Below are positions 25,232 through 38,668 of a stretch of DNA of 64,000 bases, piece by piece. The stretch covers positions 3,534,001-3,598,000 of the forward strand of contig CP158636.1 in the NCBI GenBank assembly GCA_050273025.1. Reading direction: 5' to 3'. The notes under the pieces were generated by a model that did no database searches, was not told the origin of the DNA, and saw only the letters and a list, made by a program, of their open reading frames with translations. Made by a program: the position numbers and the translations under genes. The stretch's first letter is position 1. Each line of letters starts with the position of its first letter. Origin of the DNA: Cenococcum geophilum. Its lineage: Eukaryota.

Positions 25232-26459
25232 GACAATGGTTCTGGAAGAGTCCTCTACATGCGTCTACACGCGTTTCCTGCTTATATAAGCAGACTCCCT
25301 TTATACATGTTTTGGTTTGTCCCCGTAGCAATTACTTATTAATTGCTACACCATATAGGCCTATATAGGGCCTATATTCTTTATAGTTAGATCTTATTTA
25401 TTCTAATATCATTTAGTTTATCACGAGCTAGATATATTAGAAAAAGTATATAGCCTTCTGTTAGTACTATTGGGGACCTAGCGGGGACCCAATAGCGCTG
25501 ACTATCCGATTAGGCCCCTAATAGGGTCCTATTAGAAAATGGAGTATAAGTTGTCTTATGGCAGTCCTGCTTAGTTCCGCATAGGTTCCTAGCAGGCTCC
25601 TATTAGAAGGCTCTAAGAGGGCTCTAAAAGCTCTAAGGTCTTAGCACGCATACAATTTGCTAATATAATCCTATAAGCTAGAATAAAATTTAGGTAGTAG
25701 TTTTACTAGAACTTAATAAAATTTAGTAAACTTAGTAGAATCTAGCAGAAATAGTAGATTATAGTAGTTAGTAGAAATAGGTAGGTGTATATAAAGTGTT
25801 ACGGTATCCTATAATAGTACCCCCTTTTTAAACTTAAGCTCCTATAAGATAAGATTATAGTAGTTTTAAGTAGAGTTTATAAAAGTCTTTTTCGGCTTAT
25901 ATAAGTTCTATAGAGTTAATAGATTCTTATAAGGGCTTAATATAGCCTTTCTATTTTATAATATATATATATTAACATTTCCATTTATTATACTTAATAT
26001 TATTAATTCTTTTAATAAAGTACTTATCTTTACCGTCTACTTTAACTAGTAGGGGAGGGTTTTAGATCTATTTAGATAGAGCGTTTAATACGAGAGTAGT
26101 AGGGTAAAGGATTAACGTATAAAATATAAGGTAAATTTTAACCGTATTAAGGAGCTTTAATTAGTAAGTATAAGGAGAAATAACCTTCTTAACCTTATAA
26201 GGACTAGCGTTCTTTTAATTAAGTTTCTTATATCTAGCTAGATAAAATTACTAACTTAATAGGCTAGTTCTAAGGTTTAGTTCTTATTTACTCCGGCTTT
26301 ATAGATAGATTAGGCTTATATTATCTTATTAGTAAAGAACTATTATAGTTCTTTTATCTTCTTCTATAACTTATAAGCCGTAATACACAAGGCAAGGAAT
26401 ATTACTTAAGGGATTAAAACCTATTTATAGATACTAGCCATAGTTAGCTAGAAATAGAG

Positions 26460-29400
26460 TGTTACGGAACCCGACCGTAGGGGCCTCCATAGGAGAACCC
26501 CGTGCTCTTGTATATACCTCACGTATAGCTTATATCAGCTACGCGAGGGTATATTACCTCCTTACGCCCTCGACCCTTACGATCGATTACGTAACGTCTT
26601 ATAGACTCCCCGAATACATACGCTTTATAGCCATTGCCCGCGTTCTATGACATTATATTACACCTTTTTCTTCACCAACGCTTAGCCTACGACTAATTCT
26701 ACGTCTTTACGATACCGCAGACGCTGCCAGAAGTAGCGTGTCTACAAGTTACCTTACTTTATACTCCTAAAGAATTAACAATAGTAAGATGAAATTCCTT
26801 ACTAGCTATTATATTAAACTTAAAAAATAACCTAATACCTATATCGAAACCACGACACTAATTAGTCCTAGAAGGATTTAATTTATTAGTCCTAGCCTTA
26901 ACCCCTAAAGGGAAGCTTAGTGGCTTAAAAAACTACGACGACTATAAGGGGGACATTAATAATATCTTATCCTTTATTAACTATATAACCACGGATAAAT
27001 AAGCCGAAGGGCTACTACCTATTAAGATTAAGATACGAGATGCCGAGATGTTTACTAAAATGGTAGTATAAAAACCCGATAAATACTACCGCCTTTTATA
27101 GAACTACTATCTAAAGCTTATATAAGCTAAGATGTATACTGCTTAAGATTATAATATTATCTAAGACCTATAAGCTCGTGAGGCGCTCGCTAATAATATA
27201 TGCTAAGAGATTGAAGACGACCTCTACGCGTCTAAACGCGACATTTAACGATTAAAGAAGGCCGAGATTACACTTATTACTACAGTTACTAAAAGAGAGG
27301 GTATAATTAAATACCTATAATCCCAGCTTAACGAGCACATTTATAATAATATTAGATACCTTTTTACTATATATAACGCCACCTAAGTCTCTACGCCCCT
27401 AGCAACCTTACCTACTTAACGCTTAACAAAAGGTTAGCGCTAAGCAGCTTTACCTAACGGGAACCTTTACTATAGTAGCGGCGATAATAAAAGCCATAAT
27501 AATTAAACCTAAACTACTACTATAGGGTCTAATACACGCTACTCTAATCCCCTAATCTTTAAGGGTGACTATAAGGAATATAGCCACTAGAAGATATAAA
27601 CCCGCGAAAAACTAACCTAGAGCGCCTGCCTTTTCCCTATAAAAGATACTAAGATTAGCTATATTATCGGACGAATAAAGGGCATCTCATTTAATAGGCT
27701 TTTCGCTTAATAGGAGATTAGCAGTCCCTAGAAGTGGTAGTCCTACTAGGAAGTCCTTAATAACCTTAACTAAATATACCGCGACTATAACCTAGTGGCC
27801 ACTAGTTAAGCTAAACTACGCTCCCTAAAGATAAGTTCTACTAAATTATTTAATAAGTTCTATATTAAATTCTAAGAATATACTAGAGTCCTCGCCTAAG
27901 ACAACGCTAAAGACTAGGAAGATCTCCTTAAAAAAGTCATTTATTGCCTTAGTTACGCAGCCGCTAGCCATAACTATAATAACGTTTATAATATAGTAGC
28001 AGCCCTATAGAAGATTAAACGACGGCTAAACTAGATTACTACTGTAAACCCCCGCCCGAAGACCTCTCTATAGAAGCCCTCCGGACCTACTAAACTACTA
28101 ACGCCTACTACCCTAAGTAATACTACTAGTCCTAATATCGACCTCTTTATACTAGCCTTCCTAAAGAAGCCACTAGATAGAGAGCGCGAGCTACTTTAGA
28201 AGTTAAGGCGTTGCTATAAATGCCGTTAAGAAGGCTGTTATAGCTATAGCCTAAACTACCTAATAGCTAGGTTTAGCAGCCGCCATTAAATACTTAACCC
28301 TATACCCTAGACACTAAATATATTGCTATACGCCGCTACCATATAAGACAAAGATATAGTAATAGTAGTAGAATTAGACGCGGAAGCGGAAAACGTAAAG
28401 TTCTAGCCCTAAGTCGTAGGTTGGGACACTTTAACGATAGAGGGATCTATATATCGGCTTATTTAATAAATAGCTTAGTAAGAATAGAAGGATAGAAGTA
28501 AATAGTTTTACCTATAGAGGGAACTACCGCTAAGAAATAATATAAAACCCGTTCTATAATTAACTATAGAGCTACTAATAAATTTATAAATACCTAATTT
28601 GTATATATTTATAACCTACCTACCTTACCCCTTACCAAAGCCCGCGCCCTATAACTCGCTAACAGTAGTTATACTACATAAAAGATTACCTATATAGTAT
28701 AACTCTACCTAAATATAAACGGACACTAGGAGAAGCTCTAGGCCTATATTATACTACTTATAAACTACCCTATTATCCTTAAAATAAACTAGCTTAAATA
28801 ACACAACCCCGCCATTAACTGGTAAAAGAGAGAAGTAACCTTTAACTCTAAATACTATAGAGAGACTTACCTAGGGTATAGCCTAGCCGCCTTTATCTAC
28901 TCCCTAGGATATTAACCTAAGGAAACCCTTATTACCCTACCTACGACTAACTACTACTATATAAGCGCCGCGGCCTTCTACTGCATAGTATATAGGAAAG
29001 GCTAAACTGTTACTATAGCCTCCTAATTATAACTATATAAGCTTAATAAAGATTAGAACCACGTTCTCTATAGTAATAGAATAGATATAGTTAATCTTTT
29101 AGAAAATAATGCCCCCGCAAAACTCTATGGACTTTTACCCTTAGACTTTAAGAAGTTTATAAAGCTTAAAAAAGGACTTACTAATAAGGAACTCCGTAAG
29201 CTCCTCCCTAAGAGATACTATAACTTTATTAATATATACTTATAAAAGAGTATAGATATACTCCCCCTATATTAACCTAATAACTATACCATTAATATTA
29301 AATAAGGAAAAACGCTGCCCTATAAGAGACCCTACCTAATATTAAAAGATAAACTCCTAGTTATTAAAAAGTATATTAACGAACACCTTAATAAAGGGTT

Positions 29401-32400
29401 TATTCGTCCTAGCATATCCCTAGCAGCCGCCCCTATCCTCCTTACTAAAAAGCTAGAAGGAGGTATTTAATTCTACGTTAACTATAGAGGACTTAACGCT
29501 ATTATAATTAAGAACTAATACCCCGTACTGCTTATACGCGAGACCCTTAAACAGCTTAGCTAAGCCAAAATCTATACTAAACTTAATATTATTACCACCT
29601 TTAACTGCCTCTAAATACGGGAAGGTAATAAATGGAAAACCGTATTTATATTGCGCTTCGGCCAATTTAAATACACTATTATACCTTTTAGCGTATATAA
29701 CGGCCTAGGTAGCTTCTAAAGCTATATTAATAATGCCTTATGGGATTACCTTAACGACTTCTACTCCGCGTACCTGGATAATATACTTATTTATAGCAAT
29801 AACCCTTTTAAGTATACTAAGCACGTTTAAAAGGTCCTATAGCGCCTTAAAGACGTAGGACTTTACATTAATTTAAAGAAGTGTGAATTCTTAGTTATAG
29901 AAGTAAAATACCTTAAACTAATTATTATTACTAAGGGTGTCTATATAGACCCCGAAAAAGTATATATAATTACCAGATAGTAAACCCCTACCTATATTAA
30001 GGATATATAAGCCTTTCTTAGTTTTACTAACTTCTATCGGAAATTTATATATAACTTCTTAGGTATTATAGCACTACTTATAGCAATAATGCGAATAAAG
30101 GGCCTTTCCGCGAAAGGAAGAAAAACATATCTATATTTTATCTAGACGCCTAAATACAAAAAAGCGTTCTAAGACTTAAAAGATATATTTACTAAAGCAC
30201 CTATTCTAGCTTACTTTATACTAGGATAATAACTCTATCTTAAGACTAACTTTTTAGATTACGTTAACGCGGGCGTCCTTTCCTAGATAGGTAATAACGG
30301 TCTCCTCTACCTAGTCGTATTTTACTTATCTAAGCTTATATTATAAGAATATAACTATAAGATCTATAATAAGGAACTCCTTATAATTATATAAGCGTTT
30401 AAGGAATTCTAATTAGAACTCTCTTTAGTAGAACCTAACTAGCTAACTAAGGTCCTTATAGATTATCGTAACCTTAAGTACTTTATAACTACGAAATAAC
30501 TAAACTAACGCTAAGCATATTAGAACGAGTTCCTCTCTAGTTTTAACTTTAAAATTATATATAGGCTAGAAGTATAAGGTACTAAGCCTAATAGCCTAAT
30601 ACGCTATTCGTAAGATTTTCCTTAGTTAGAAGATAACCCTTATAATTAATTCCAATAATAAATAATCCTAAAAGTATAAAACTTAGCCCTAGGTATACTA
30701 CCTAAGACAGAACTAACTGCCCCTTAGCTTTATACTACAGAACTAGAGTTACCCCCTAAAATTAATAAACTTATTACCGCAGTATATAACACCCCTATTA
30801 ACTTATTACTATATTAACTAATTACCGTAAAGATTGTTAGCACCTATACACTGCCTACTAACCTCTAAAGCTTAGGCTAGATTAATATAGCAGCCTTAGA
30901 AGTAAAAGAGAACAGGCTCTATTATAGAGGCCGTCTATTTATCCCTAACTTAGAAGACCTATAACAGCAACTAATCTAAATAGCCTACGACCTCCGATTA
31001 AGCGGCTACCTAGGTAAAAGAGGAACCTATAAGCTCCTTAGCCGATACTACTTCTAGCCTAAAATAATAGACTTAGTTAAACGCTTTATAAGCGCCTACT
31101 ATGGCTATAAACATGCTAAAGCATTTATATAAAGTACTAAGGACTACTATACCCTCTACTAGTACCTATACGATAATAGGCAGATATTGTTATAGATTTC
31201 GTTATTAACCTACCGCCTTATAAATGATATGGCCGAACCTATAAAAACATCCTTATAATAGTATGCCGACTTATAAAAGAACGCCACTACGTCCTAACTA
31301 AAGGCGTAGCCATAAGCGATGTTGCTAACGCCTTCCTTTATAAAGTTTACCGACTATATAGGTTACCTAACTCTATTACGTCTAACTAAGGCACGTAATT
31401 TAACTCTAATGTATAAAGGCGGATCTGCTAATGCCTTAGTATCTCCATTAAGATGTTTATATCCTTTTACTATAAAACTATAGGATAACTAGAAAACGCT
31501 AACGCTAGTATAAAGGCGTACTTATAATAGGTAGTCGCCTATAGTTAGGACGACTAGGTAGACTACCTTCCGCTAGGTAAATTTACAGCAAATAATTATA
31601 TCTTAGCCACTATAGGACTTACCCCATTCTTCGCGAATAAAGGATATTACCTATAATCCGGTATAGAGCCACCAGAGCCTATTGATAAGAAACTGCTATA
31701 TAGAAAACACCTTAAGATGCTACTTGCCAATTAATATATAGACCGTATAAAAGACCTACTTAACTACTATAAAGGAGAGATGGCCTAGGCCCAAGCGAAA
31801 TAAGCTTACTTCGCCGACCGCTATAGAACACCACCACCTAAGATGCGTATTAGCGACTAGGTATAGTTAGATATATATAATATCTCTACATAGAGACCTA
31901 TAAAGTTACTTAATTATAAGAACCTTGGCCCCTACTAGATTAAACGAGTTATTAATAGAGGAGCTGTATATAAACTAGAGCTCCCACCTACTTTAGCCAC
32001 CCGTAGGATATAGCCCGTGTTTTACCTATAGCTACTATACCTTTACTAGCTTAACCCTCTACTAGGATAAATATAGCCTAAACCCCTACCGGTACTAATC
32101 TAAGATAAGAATAAAGATAAGAACTATAAGGAGTGGACCATTAAATAAATTATTAACTCTAAATACTCTAGCAAAGGTAGAGGATAGCGGCTCTACTATA
32201 AAGCTACCTATATAGGATTTAATATAGATTAGCCGGAATAGTAACTATAGGAAGATTTTAAAAATGTAAAAGATCTAATTAGCGATTTCTACTACGCAAA
32301 CCTATAGAAACTAGGCCTAAGCAAAGATTTTATACCTAATCCCCTATAGGAGCCGTCACAGCTAAATTATTGTATATTACCGTTATGTAACTACTCTAAT

Positions 32401-32955
32401 AAGATATTAAGGAACTTTAACCGCCGGTTAAAGTTGTCTAATTAGTTAGATTCTAGACGCTAAGGAGAAGCTAACTAATTAGGATTTTCTATCCCCGGGA
32501 TAGAAAATTGCTATTAGCTCGCTTACTACTAGCGCCTTAGCGACACCCTCGCACCTTACTAAGTCCCTAACAGCCTCCTTCCCCTCTATAGCCTAGTACC
32601 TTCGCATAGTAGCAACCTATAAGCTTTAAGTTAGAAGCACTTATACGAGCCTATTATACCTATAATAATATTCCTTCTTCTAGATACCCTAAGTATTTCC
32701 CCCTATATATATATAGCAACCACAGCGTCGCCGGAGCTCCGCCTTAATAGGAGGGGGGGTAGTGTTACGGAACCCAACTGTAGGGGCCTCCATAGGAGAA
32801 CCCCGTGCTCTTACGTACACCTCGCGTATAGCTTATATTAGCTACGCGAGGGTATATCACCTCCTTACGCCCTCGACCCTTACGATTGATTGCGTAACGT
32901 CTTATAGACTCCCCGAATATATATGCTTTATAGCCATTGCCCGCGTTCCGTGATA
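26460..32955 (+). mobile_element. Full-length Ty3/Gypsy chromovirus, RIP-inactivated; 193-bp LTRs (26460-26652, 32763-32955); TSD TAGAG
   Basis: LTR pair, 5-bp TSD and PPT GGAGGGGGGT. Gag with zinc knuckle (~28210), RT YLDNILIY (~29771), RNase H, integrase and chromodomain (~32130-32310). Confidence 0.95.
32402..32542 (+). promoter_or_regulatory. Palindrome/CCAAT module in the Gypsy 3' UTR, shared with other LTR elements in this window
   Basis: AACTTTAACCGCCGGTTAAAGTT (32413-32435) and GATTTTCTATCCCCGGGATAGAAAATT (32483-32509), plus ATTAGCTCG...AGCGCCTTAGCG. Function is inferred only. Confidence 0.55.
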
Positions 32956-33902
32956 TAGAGAGACCTTTACAGTTTCTAAGTTAGGGTTATTTATAGTAAA
33001 CTCGGTAAATATAGGTTAGTTAATTTAGTTGTCCTATAAGTATAACGTATATATTTAAATATACTATTTTATTATAGCATTTATGCATTCTATTTAACTA
33101 TCCGTTTATAGGTAATATATAGTAGATAATAATACTTTATATAAAGCTAGGTTGTTAGTTCTTTTTAAAATATATAAATTAACTAGTAGCCTTTATTAGA
33201 GATAATCATTTTAGGGAGTCTATAGAGTTTCTATATATAATTTAGGAATAGTTAGGCGACGGTAAGTATATTTAATATTTAAATTTTTAGTATTCCTAGT
33301 AGAATGCTAACTGTCTAAAATAATAGCTTTTTAATTGGTTGCAAATGGGCTATAGCCAGCGTGGCTAATAGGTAGCGTCGCTAGCAGCTCGCTACTAATA
33401 TAAGCGGTTAGTTAGTGTACATAGTTATAACAGCTAGTTAGCGTACATTTATGTGGCGCGCTGACAGCTCACTGCTTAAGTGGTAAGGAAGGATTAATTT
33501 GGTGGTATTTTAAAGCTTTTTGTAGAAATTAAATATCTTCAGATCTCCGGTTAAAATTAGAATGGGAAACCCTAGGATATTTATACTAAATTATATATAT
33601 AATAGCTCGTATAAATGCCTCTAAACTAAAGCTTATGGAATGCTATCTTATAAAGATACTAAGCTAAGAAAAAGGGAAAGGGGTCGCTAGAATTAATATA
33701 AATAAATATATAGGGTAAGCCGCTAAGGCGCTAGCTTTGGGCGAGCTAATTATAGGTTAGTAGAATATAGTAGAATTTAGTAGGTAACGTGCGATAGCAC
33801 CGTTATATTACCCCCCTCTTTAAAAAAAAGCCTACCCTTAGGCTTAGTTAGAAATAGGACAGCACTAGGCTAAAAAGGATAGCTGCTAAAAGTCTTATTA
33901 AG

Positions 33903-33952
33903 GATTTAACTAATTAGATAACTTTGACCGGTAGTTAAAGTTCCTAGATATC
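33903..33952 (-). promoter_or_regulatory. First palindrome of the shared 3'-UTR module in the second Gypsy
   Basis: Sense strand gatatctaggaactttaactaccggtcaaagttatctaattagttaaatc matches 32403-32453. Confidence 0.55.
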
Positions 33953-36900
33953 TAAAGTTTTATAATATTGGTAGAAAACAGTAAAATATAGCAGAATTTG
34001 GCAGATAGCTATATTAGGGCTTTAAGGCGTTCTTATCCCTATACTCCTCTAGTAATTTATTATCTTTATCTACTTGTCTAGGTACTTTAGGGGTCTAGGT
34101 GCGTTAGGGTATTAGTTATAAAACCCTTTAAACTTTAAGGGGCAGCCTATAAAGTTTTATATAGGGTACTAGGCTAGGTCTAAGTCGTAGCCCTTTTATT
34201 AAATACGGTATTTTAATATTCCCTATACTATCTTATAGGCCAATATTTTATTAACTTCCTATTTATTATTACCGTTTACTTAAATTAGTAGGGGAAGCTT
34301 GTTCTTTTATCTGGGTAATAGGTTGTTTATAGCCTTTTATAACTTATCTAGTAAGAAAATAGAGTGCACCCTAATTAAATCTAGGAGCTTTACCTTATAT
34401 AAGTTGTCTATCTTCTTAAGGACCTTATACAGCCCTACTATTTAGTAGTCTAGCTTATAGCTAGGTTATTTAGTTTTTCAATTCCTTACTATAACCTAGA
34501 TTATATTACTAGGGGCAAAGTTAGGCTTTTAATAGTATTTATTTACCTACTATTCCATTAATCTCTAGGCTTTTCTTAGGTTCTTATAGGTAACTATTTA
34601 GGCTTTCTTCAAGCGTTTAGCGTACTATTAGGCCTTACTATAGGATAGCCTTTCTTATATAGTCTGGGGTTTTTTTTACCCTTTTCTAGTTAAAGTTTAT
34701 ATAGGGTAAGTATCCTATTTCTAGCTAAATTAGGGCAAACCCTATAGGGTTATAAGGTAGGGTTACTTAGGCGTAGTCTATTAAAGGTGGTAATTTAGAC
34801 TAGTTATCCTAGAAGTAGTTAATAAAGGGCCTAAGCCTCTAGTCCAGGTACTAATTTATAACCGTCTATCTAGGGATAGTAAGCCGTAAAAAGCTTTAGC
34901 TTAATACCTAGGATCTAGGTAAACTTATTCTAGAAGGCTAATATAAACTATAGTTTATAATTATAATAGTATCTAGTGGTCCGTAAATTTGGTAGATATA
35001 GTAGACGTATAGCTAGGCTACCTCTTTAGCATTAATATTCTTATAATAGGGAATTAAAAACAGGCGTTTACTAAAGCGGTTAATTATAACTATAACCATA
35101 TCATATCTATTACGGTTTATAGGTAGTTTATAAAAGTCTATAAAGATATACTACTAAGGGCGCTCTAGTATTAAGAGTAGCTTAAGTAGTCCTAGGGTTT
35201 TATTTCATGGGGTTATAGCTCTCTAGCAGTTCTTACAGTTCCATATATATTAATTAATATTCGCAACTATTCTTAGCTAGTAGTAGCGGCAGTTAATAAT
35301 TTTATAGGTTTTATTCTTGCTGGAGTATACTATAAAAACTTAGTAATAAGCTTCACGGATTAGTTCCGTCCGTAAATTATTAACATTAGGGACTATAAGC
35401 TACTTTTAGTATAGAAGTAACCTATCCTCTATTTTAAACTTAGGGGTTTCTTTTATAGCTTAATCGCGGAGGGCCTTTAGGGTATTAGCCATACGATTTA
35501 CAGTTAGGAGGCGGTTAATTAGCCCTACTAGTTTATCTAAGGACTCCTCTATTAGTACTAGCTCGTTTTACTAGGAGTTTAGCTCCTTAAGGATCTATAG
35601 GTTAAGCTATTTAGGATAAAGGAGGGCACGCGTTTAGTATTAGGTCTTTAGCTTATTTTAGAGTCCTATATCTTATTCTCTTTAGGTTAAAGTATTAGCC
35701 TTAGAGTTTTACTTACTAGAGTAATATATAATTATAAAGAAGAATTATAAGAGTATTTTAGCCTACTAGGCTTATTATTTAGTAAGCTGCTTTATAATCT
35801 ATATATATCTTAATCTAGGAGTTTATACCTTTAAGCTCTACGCGCTATTAGGATAGTAATTAAATAATAACTAGTATTTCTTTATTATATACTTTATAGT
35901 TATACTTAGCTAGGTCTATTATTTTAGAAAAGAAGGTAATAGGGTACTATTTACCGTTTAGGTGTAGCTATAATAGGATTCCCGCTATAATCCTATTAAA
36001 AGTATCTATTTCTAACATTAATTTAAGGTCTAGGCTATAGTAATAAAGAATTAGGGAAGAGATAAGCCGATCCTTTATCTCTTTAAAGGCTTTTATATAA
36101 CTATTATTAAATATAAAAGGCGTATCCTTTTTAGTTAGGCGTATAAGGAGCTTTACTATAATTCTATAATCGCGGATAAATTGGCGGTAGAAGTTATAAA
36201 AGCTAAGAAAGAACTAGATCCCTTTTACTATATAAGGAGGCTTCTAGTTATAGATTGCCTCTACCTTTTTAAGGTTAACCTTAATTTCTTTTATAGTTAT
36301 AATAAACCTAAGGTATTTTATACGTTTTGCCCTAAACTTATATTTCTTAATATTAACTTATAAGCCTGCGTTCTATAGTCTTTCTAAAACCTTCTTAATA
36401 TAAACTTAATACTTAAGCTCGTCGTCTAAGTATATAAGAATATTATCTAGGTATACCGTATAGAATTCGTTAAGGTAATTAACGAAAACGTTATTTATAT
36501 ACCTTTAGTACATAGCCTGTCCGTTTATTAGTCTAAAAGGAAGAACTTTATATTTATAGGAACTATAATAGGTATAGAACGTTATTAAATCTTTAGATAT
36601 AGGGTCTATTCTAATTTAGTAGAAAGCTTAATAGATATTAAGTTTAGTAAAGATCTTTACCTAGCTTAAATATGTAAGGGTTTCATTAATTAAAGGAATA
36701 GAATACCGATCCTTTTAAGTAATAGCGTTTAGCTTTTAATAGTTAATATAAAAATTAAGGCCTTTACTAGGCTTTTTTATAAATAGGATAGGGGAAGTAA
36801 AAGGGGCTTAACTTAGTTTAATAAACCCTTTATCTAGGTTATTAATTAAGTACTACTTTATTACTTTTAGCTTATCTGTTAATTATTAGTAGAGGGGGCT

Positions 36901-38475
36901 ATAGCCTAGCAGTTATTGGCTTTTAATTAAAATTTATAATTATATATTTGGTAAGGAGGTAACTTATCTAAAGCCGCTTTTAAAAATATACCCTTATAGT
37001 TTATATAGATAGTTCCTTATTAGTTCCCTAAGCTAGCTCTTTTTCCCTATTATTAATAATTTAATTAATCTTATATAAGCTTGTTATAAAGACTTTATTA
37101 TCCTTTTAGTATATATTAAAGTAGAACGCTATAGCGCTAATTACGGTAATATTTGCTACAAGGGGGTTATATAATAATGGGGGCGTATATAACCTTAGGG
37201 GCTTCCAGGGTATTAGCGTTATTATTACTCCTTTTAGCTCCTGTCGCATCTTTTAAAGATTATCCCTTATATCCTACTAATACGTCCTTTTCTATACTAA
37301 TCGGATCTACGTAATTTAGATATTATTTATATTACTATCTATTCCGCTACTATATATAAAGTTTTCTTTAAATATAGCACTTTAGGAGAGTATCTTTACT
37401 AATATAGAGTTCTTTTTAGCTTTATAGTAGGCATTTTTTAGGCAAAGGCTAGGTTACAGCTTAGACGTCCTACTAGTAGGTAAGATTAGCCTCTATAGCT
37501 AGTATCTTATAGTTAGTTCGGATTTCCCTAATAAAGGAGGGTACTTTTAATCTATCCTCCGGCTAGATAAATTGTCTTTATTATATATTTAGCTAAATAT
37601 TAAAATAGGACATCTATTTTCGGCTAAATATTATATTATAGGACCTTAGGTCTAGGATATAAAAAAGGATACTATATTAACGTCGCCTATTAAAAGTAAT
37701 ATATAACTGTAAAATGTAGGTAACTAGCTAACCGGCTTAGCTGTTATAGCCTTTTACCTAAATAGGCTTCTCTAATTAGGTGGCTTTTATATTTAGAAAC
37801 TTAGTAATATTATTTATATAGGTAGTATTTATAAAAGTAAAGCTATTTACTCTAGTGTTAATAAGGGCGGTTATATTAACTCTATATCTATTTTAAAATA
37901 TTATATATAAAACTATAAAATGCTTTCTACTTATTAACTAACTAAGATTAATCTCTTTAAGATTAATATGGTACCCTAGGGGGGAGTCTTTCTCTAGGGT
38001 TCTTCTTTTCCCGACTTATTAGACATTTCTCCTTTCTTTATCTCCTTAATATTTCTTATATCCTTTAGCTCTAGGCAAAATAAGGTAAAGTAACCCTTCT
38101 TATTATAGCTATAATATATAGCCGAGGTAGGGTTAATTAGGGTATTATAATAAGTACTAGTTAATAGTATAGTATAGCTGGTTAGGTAAGGCTCGCTAGT
38201 ATATAAATATAACCGCTTTTAGTATAAGAGCTACTATAGCTTATCTTTCTACTCTAGCTCCTATAGGTATAGTTAATAAGTTTTAACTGCTATAAGCCTT
38301 TTTTTGTTAATTAGAATAGGTATTAATTCGCTTTAGTTCTAAGTCTAGTAATAAATATTAGGCTATAAGTCTTTAGTAGGTTAGTAGGTTGTTTAAGGCT
38401 ACTGCGATCTTCTCTTATAGTTAAACTATTAGCTTGTTATATAGATCCAAACGGTAATTCTTAAGGGGAACCTAG

Positions 38476-38668
38476 TGTGACGGCTCGAACTATCAAACAA
38501 ATGTCTCGACAGAGACTTGAATGAATGCTTGCAAGGAGAAGCGAACGAATGCTGTATTACGAAGATATTAAGCTAAGGAGCAAGAGAAGGTGGTGAGGCC
38601 ACGTCCATATACACATGCCAAGTCCTAAGCGAACCCCTGACTAGGTGACGCGCCCCAGCGCCGTCACA
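38476..38668. mobile_element. Solo LTR (193 bp), TGTGACGGC...GCCGTCACA, TSD CCTAG
   Basis: Perfect 9-bp terminal inverted ends; TSD at 38471-38475 and 38669-38673; inserted in the gag of the host Gypsy. Confidence 0.92.

Larger units (their letters stand above)
25375..33300 (-). mobile_element. Chromovirus-type Gypsy 3' part (integrase, chromodomain, PPT, 3' LTR), interrupted by another Gypsy; 5' part missing
   Basis: Minus-strand PPT AAAAAGGGGGTAC then LTR start at 25816; chromodomain VDGKDKYFIKRI... at ~25900-26040; integrase on both sides of the insertion (26050-26459, 32961-33300). Outer boundaries are approximate. Confidence 0.75.

Noticed and set aside
26459..26650. Duplicated 63-aa ORFs (26459 and 32762) as a gene pair
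   Set aside because: They coincide with the two LTRs of one Gypsy element
32402..32542. Hammerhead or other known self-cleaving ribozyme in the shared module
   Set aside because: No CUGANGA/GAAA core with a three-stem layout could be built by eye on either strand; an Infernal/Rfam scan of the de-RIPed consensus would settle it
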